From: an uncultured bacterium
GTDB taxonomy: Bacteria > CAYUVA01
DNA: 43,869 bases
Reading direction: 5' to 3'
NCBI GenBank assembly: GCA_964448115.1
Contig: CAYUVA010000039.1
Location: 1 to 43,869, forward strand
The translations under genes were made by a program, and so were the position numbers. The notes beneath the pieces were generated by a model that did no database searches, was not told the DNA's origin, and worked only from the letters and a program-made list of their open reading frames with translations. This document shows, one piece after another, positions 39,744 to 43,869 of the stretch. Within the stretch, counting starts at the first letter, position 1; every line of letters starts with the position of its first letter.

Positions 39744-40327
39744 GCCATCCCTGCCTTTTTAAGATATTCATAAAGTTGCTTTTTAGCCCGGTGGACCCTA
39801 GATTTCACTGTTCCGATCGAACATTTCATCACCTTTGCGATCTCCTCGTAGGGCATCCCCTCGTAATAGCTCAAGATAAGCACGGTTCTTTGTTTTTCTG
39901 GCAGCTTTTGTAGTGCTTCCTTGACCAATATCTCTCTCTGGGAGCGCTGGTAGATCTCCTCGGGTCCCTCGCCGTTATCGCTAAGCTCTATGCCCATCTC
40001 CTCTTCGCTGCCATCCATTTCCTCTCGAAGAGGCAGATGTTTTCTTAGCTTGCGTTTTTTTAGCTCGTTTATCGAAAGGTTGGTAGCGATCGTATATGCG
40101 AAGGTGCTGAACTTGGCTTTATGCTCGTAGGTCGCCCGGTTCTTGAAGATCTTAAGGAAGGTCTCCTGGAAGATATCCTCCGCGGTCTGGCGATCGCCTA
40201 TGAACCTGTAAATATAGTTTAGCAATGGTCTCTTGTACCTGTTTAACAGGATCTCAAAGCTTGCCAGGTCATCATCCCGGCAGCGGAGCATGAGTTCCTC
40301 ATCGGGAAGCTGGTCTCTCGGCTCCAT
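39740..40327 (-). CDS. ECF RNA polymerase sigma-70 factor (SigW/RpoE-like)
   Basis: 'DEELM', 'AEDIFQETFLKI', 'FSTFAYTIATN', 'LPEKQR...EGMPYEEIA.VM.CSIGTVKSRVHRAK'. Confidence 0.95.
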   Translation of the reverse strand: MEPRDQLPDEELMLRCRDDDLASFEILLNRYKRPLLNYIYRFIGDRQTAEDIFQETFLKIFKNRATYEHKAKFSTFAYTIATNLSINELKKRKLRKHLPLREEMDGSEEEMGIELSDNGEGPEEIYQRSQREILVKEALQKLPEKQRTVLILSYYEGMPYEEIAKVMKCSIGTVKSRVHRAKKQLYEYLKKAGMA

Positions 40328-40494
40328 TAACCAGCCTCCTCTTTATCGATTAAACATCCTTTATCAGACACGGTTCCCATGATAATCATCGCTATTTTAC
40401 TTAGCAAAGTAGAGCCTTTTATATCATATTTTGCATTCTTTGCATTATCTAGTTTCTGGTTAATTAGTTGCTAGTTGGTTAGAATACTTACCTA

Positions 40495-40557
40495 TAAAGA
40501 TAGCACACTTTTGCGGGTCATAATTTTCATGCCTCCCTAATAGGTCGGGATCGGTGC
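40495..40557. repeat. 63-bp dispersed direct repeat, copy 1
   Basis: 54/63 identical, ungapped, to 43551-43613; core cataattttcatgcctccc. Confidence 0.85.
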
Positions 40558-40598
40558 TGCTCTGGATATGTAATTTTTGTCGCCACCAGGCACCTCCA

Positions 40599-40630
40599 TG
40601 TCATTCCCGCCCCCTTTCTTGTCATTCCCG
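40599..40630. repeat. Two copies of tgtcattcccg (REP-like half sites)
   Basis: Exact 11-mers at 40599-40609 and 40620-40630. Confidence 0.45.
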
Positions 40631-40659
40631 GGCTTACTTTAATAATATCATATTTCCGG

Positions 40660-40800
40660 CTCGATGACCTGTACAACGATCGGGGGATTTTTCGATGATG
40701 ATCTTGGATACAGCGCAGGAATCCGCTGCTCGTATCAGCGCATCCTTGTAATTAGCAGGAAAGTGAGCAGATAACCTCATCAATATAGCAAACTCGGGCG
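40660..40800 (-). pseudogene. 3' remnant of an OsmC-family gene
   Basis: 'LSAHFPANYKDALIRAADSCAVSKII' matches the OsmC-like C-terminal segment (FP.KY..A..RAA..C.V). No N-terminal half, and a probable frameshift follows. Confidence 0.55.
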
Positions 40801-40904
40801 GTGCAGTACTAACATGCTGCAATGGGGAAAAATTCCTTTTTCTCAAGATTGTTGGATACTTTTGAACACCATGAAACCACTGTTTTGTATTACAAAATTG
40901 TATT

Positions 40905-40947
40905 TTAACCATTTACTAATTGAAAATTAACTTATGTTAGTTATAAT
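40905..40947 (+). promoter_or_regulatory. -10 box with 11-bp-periodic direct repeats (Pho-box-like) upstream of the response regulator
   Basis: TTAACC (40905), CTAATT (40916), TTAACT (40927), then TATAAT at 40942-40947. Confidence 0.45.
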
Positions 40948-40991
40948 TGATTGCCTAAGAGATAAAGAAGATACACAAGGGAAATCATAAG

Positions 40992-41678
40992 ATGCCGAAT
41001 GAAAAGATACTAGTGATAGATGATGAGGAGGGTATCCTTGAACTTATCGCCTATAACTTTAAGAAGGAAGGCTATCGAGTGGTAACCGCTGATAGCGGTG
41101 AGCGAGGCTTGAAGGCAGCCAGAGAGGGCGGCTTCGACCTTATTATCCTTGACCTTATGTTGCCGGGCATTGACGGATTGGATGTTTGCAAGATCTTAAA
41201 AAGCGAGGATAAGACCGCGCACATACCGATTATCATGCTTACCGCCAGGGGAGAGGATATCGATATGGTAACCGGCTTGGACCTGGGCGCTGATGATTAC
41301 ATACCAAAACCATTCAGCCCCCGAGTGCTGCTTGCCAAGCTCAAGGCGGTGCTCAGAAGAAAGCTAATCCTGGCTGAGGATAAGACCCACAAGCTAAAAA
41401 GAGGGGTACTACTTTTAGACATCAAGCGCCGTCAGGTTACCATAAATGATAGACCTGTCGAGCTTACCTTCACCGAGTTCGGCATCCTCCAGTTCCTAGC
41501 CACAAGACCTGGCAATGTCTATAATCGCCAGCAGATCATAAGCGCAGTAAAGGGCGATGATTATCCGGTAAACGATCGCTCGGTCGATGTCCAGATAGTC
41601 AATCTGCGAAGGAAGCTCGGCGAGGCAGGCATGCTGATCGAGACCGTCAGGGGCGCTGGCTACCGATTCAAGCATTGA
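40992..41678 (+). CDS. OmpR/PhoB-family response regulator; no cognate kinase in the window
   Basis: ILVIDDE, DLMLPGIDG, GADDYIPKPFSPR, winged helix RSVDVQIVNLRRKL...IETVRGAGYRF. Confidence 0.95.
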   Translation: MPNEKILVIDDEEGILELIAYNFKKEGYRVVTADSGERGLKAAREGGFDLIILDLMLPGIDGLDVCKILKSEDKTAHIPIIMLTARGEDIDMVTGLDLGADDYIPKPFSPRVLLAKLKAVLRRKLILAEDKTHKLKRGVLLLDIKRRQVTINDRPVELTFTEFGILQFLATRPGNVYNRQQIISAVKGDDYPVNDRSVDVQIVNLRRKLGEAGMLIETVRGAGYRFKH

Positions 41679-41830
41679 AATAGAACATCTTCTACCGGCA
41701 GTTGACCATCTTCAAGTACAATCCCTTGAACAGGTGCGAATATGCCGAATAACAATGGGATTACAAGATACAGCATCCCCCCTTTAGCCGATGTGCGGCT
41801 TTTGATAGATATTCGAGTCCATCAGGTAGG

Positions 41831-43438
41831 CTACTGTAGGATATTCATAAATGGGAAGGGTTCAGTGAGCCTGCCGTCCTTGGTAGTGCAGCGGCATTCC
41901 AGCAGAATAAGACCAGGTGCCAGGGCGCCTGGCTCGATGCCAAGCGGTGGAAGCATGAATATACCGCTGCCTGGGGGACTTTCCGGCAGGGTTACTCCAG
42001 TAGCTGCTTCGTTGAAGTAAAGCTCGCATCCTGAGAAACCATGCTCCGCAGGGTCTGATGCATAAATAAGCAAGGTCAAATTACCACCTGTTGATGAAGT
42101 GATCATAGTATCCATATAGCCACCTAACAGGATCAATGGATTCGGCAAGGGTGTTTCTGTGGCGGTTGCAGTAGGCTGCTCGGTCGGCTCCTCGGTCGCG
42201 GTCGGAGTCGGGGTCTCAACAGTCGCAGTGGGAGTGTTGGTCGCTACGGTCGGCGTTGAGGTCGCTGTCGGAGTATTGGTCGGTGGTATGGCTGTCGGGG
42301 TCGAGGTGAAGGTCATGGTGGCTGTGGGCAAAAGAGTAAAGGTGCTGGTTGCCGTCGGAGTCTCCGTGGGTACAGTTGCCGTTGGAGTATTGGTCGGCGT
42401 ATCGGTTGGTGTATCGGTAACCGTCGGGGTGGCTGTGCTGGTCGGAGTATGGGTAATCCCCTCCAGCATTACATCATAATGCGATTCGGGTCCAAAATAA
42501 CCGTTGTTGTCGAAGATTTGTATGTAATAGATGTTCTCCGAGTATCCAAGAAAATCTACCCTTGATGCCAGGGTATCGTTGTAATCGTTGTTGTGATCGA
42601 CATAGTATTGGTTCTCATCGAGAAGATATAACACCGTGTCCACTCCCGGCTGAAGATTCAATGTATATATAGCAAACATGGTGCTAGGAGCGCTCCAGAA
42701 GTACAGCCAATCCTCGTCGTTGGGATCGCAGAACAGATGCGTCTGCGGGGGGTGGTTCAAGATTATCTCATTGGCGCTGCCGGCATCGTTGTCATACTCG
42801 TAGGGATCATCGTTGGTGCATGGAGTGCTGGTCGGTGTTGCAGAAGGAGTGCTGGTCGGAATAGCACTGGGGGTGTTAGTAGGCGTGAGGGTCGGAGTCA
42901 TACTGGGCGTTGAGCTCGGAAGCATGGTCGAGGTGGGAGTCATTGTCGGAGTATCACTTGGCAATGGGGAGGGAGTGTAGGTGTGAAAGTTCACCATTAT
43001 CCGGTATGAGTTGGTCGCTCCCCAGGCTCCATTAGCGCTCTCGATAACTATGTAAAAGATGTCCTCGTAATCTAACATGTCATAGTCGATTCTCGATGCT
43101 AATGTTTCGTTCCAGTCATTATTTTCATCCACCGGAGATAAGGTATTATCCATCAACAGCATGGTGGTATCTACATTGCTGTTCAGATCAAAGGTCTCGC
43201 AGGAAGCAACATATCCTGAGACACCATAGAATGACATGAAGTCAACATCCCCCTCCTTGCAAAGGTAGTGAAGCTGCGCTGTGCCATCGGTAGGGATGGG
43301 TGTAGCCAAGAAATACACATCATTTGGCTCGTAGGCATCATTAGCACATGGATCGATTGCATAAGAGCTGCCAGGTGTAGCCAAAGAGACCACTAGTAAT
43401 CCAAGCCCTACTAAAAAGACCTTCAAAGGGACTGGCAT
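41831..43438 (-). CDS. Secreted acidic protein with two PPC-like domains, two Thr/Pro linkers and the conserved C-terminal domain
   Basis: Signal peptide (..SSYA/ID); repeated domain D.YE..ND...Q.H..C...D.D...F...VDT..L....VD.NND.N.TLASR.D; long TPT tracts; AGGAGG RBS. Confidence 0.82.
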   Translation of the reverse strand: MPVPLKVFLVGLGLLVVSLATPGSSYAIDPCANDAYEPNDVYFLATPIPTDGTAQLHYLCKEGDVDFMSFYGVSGYVASCETFDLNSNVDTTMLLMDNTLSPVDENNDWNETLASRIDYDMLDYEDIFYIVIESANGAWGATNSYRIMVNFHTYTPSPLPSDTPTMTPTSTMLPSSTPSMTPTLTPTNTPSAIPTSTPSATPTSTPCTNDDPYEYDNDAGSANEIILNHPPQTHLFCDPNDEDWLYFWSAPSTMFAIYTLNLQPGVDTVLYLLDENQYYVDHNNDYNDTLASRVDFLGYSENIYYIQIFDNNGYFGPESHYDVMLEGITHTPTSTATPTVTDTPTDTPTNTPTATVPTETPTATSTFTLLPTATMTFTSTPTAIPPTNTPTATSTPTVATNTPTATVETPTPTATEEPTEQPTATATETPLPNPLILLGGYMDTMITSSTGGNLTLLIYASDPAEHGFSGCELYFNEAATGVTLPESPPGSGIFMLPPLGIEPGALAPGLILLECRCTTKDGRLTEPFPFMNILQ

Positions 43439-43550
43439 CTTGCCCTCCTATTGAGTATTTATTCGTAGATATGCTCCTTTACAATACTTGAATATAACAG
43501 AGGCTTTGCCCAAATACAAATATTGTCGAACAGTCTCTAGAGCACTCTCC

Positions 43551-43613
43551 TAAAAATAGCGCAATTTCGCAGGCCATAATTTTCATGCCTCCCGAATAGG
43601 TGGGAATCGGTGC
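43551..43613. repeat. 63-bp dispersed direct repeat, copy 2
   Basis: 54/63 identical to 40495-40557. A gapped inverted echo (ggcacgattattcgggggcaaaattgg) lies at 43764-43790. Confidence 0.85.
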
Positions 43614-43869
43614 CTGAGGGTCTTTGCGTGAGATCTTCGGCGGGTGGCGCAGCTTTTTAAATGCGGCACCCCCCGAAAGCCGAGTTATAAGCAATAACAA
43701 ATAATATTATCCTATCCAAAAATACAATTAATTCAATGAGTTATCCCCTCTGCGTGCCATATTGGCACGATTATTCGGGGGCAAAATTGGAGGCTTGAGG
43801 ATCCTCGGAAGAATTTTTCAAAAAAATTATTCTTTAATATCAATGAGTTAATCTAAATAGATCAATTAG

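Noticed and set aside
42159-42479. Val/Gly-rich plus-strand ORF and periodic DNA resembling a repeat array
   Set aside because: Antisense of Thr/Pro codons; no constant repeat-spacer structure, so not CRISPR.
43610-43660. Glycine-riboswitch-like words on the minus strand (GCCGAAG...CUCAGG)
   Set aside because: No upstream GGAGA or P1 pairing, it lies upstream of the likely promoter, it adjoins the dispersed repeat, and the downstream gene is unrelated to glycine.
43733-43850. tcaatgagtta repeated twice near the window end, suggestive of an element boundary
   Set aside because: Too short and AT-rich, with no integrase or tRNA in view; cannot be evaluated without downstream sequence.

Overview
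Gene-dense chromosomal window (about 33 CDS, no rRNA, tRNA, CRISPR array or intact transposase seen). It comes from a bacterium that is probably diderm (FadL-type outer-membrane barrel, LptA/OstA-like domain) and anaerobic (glycyl radical enzyme). Housekeeping genes: dacB (3' part), cyclophilin, pyrK-pyrD, UbiB-family kinase with moaA, proline dehydrogenase and ftsH. Envelope genes: five GT-C-fold membrane glycosyltransferases (two fused to PA14-like or beta-propeller modules, one strongly AT-rich), a GT4, a Yip1/MacA/ABC-ATPase set with no permease, a TPR-lytic transglycosylase, and an ECF sigma/anti-sigma/TPR-LptA operon. Best leads: (1) two otherwise unrelated secreted proteins end in a Thr/Pro linker plus the same ~100-aa C-terminal domain, a candidate sorting or anchoring signal possibly tied to GT-C O-glycosylation; (2) an unassigned glycyl radical enzyme, its activase and a tandem PNPOx-like protein; (3) a ~95-nt three-way-junction RNA with its own sigma70-like promoter just upstream of the GRE promoter; (4) a 63-bp dispersed repeat and several REP-like relics. 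All calls come from reading the sequence by eye; no searches were run.
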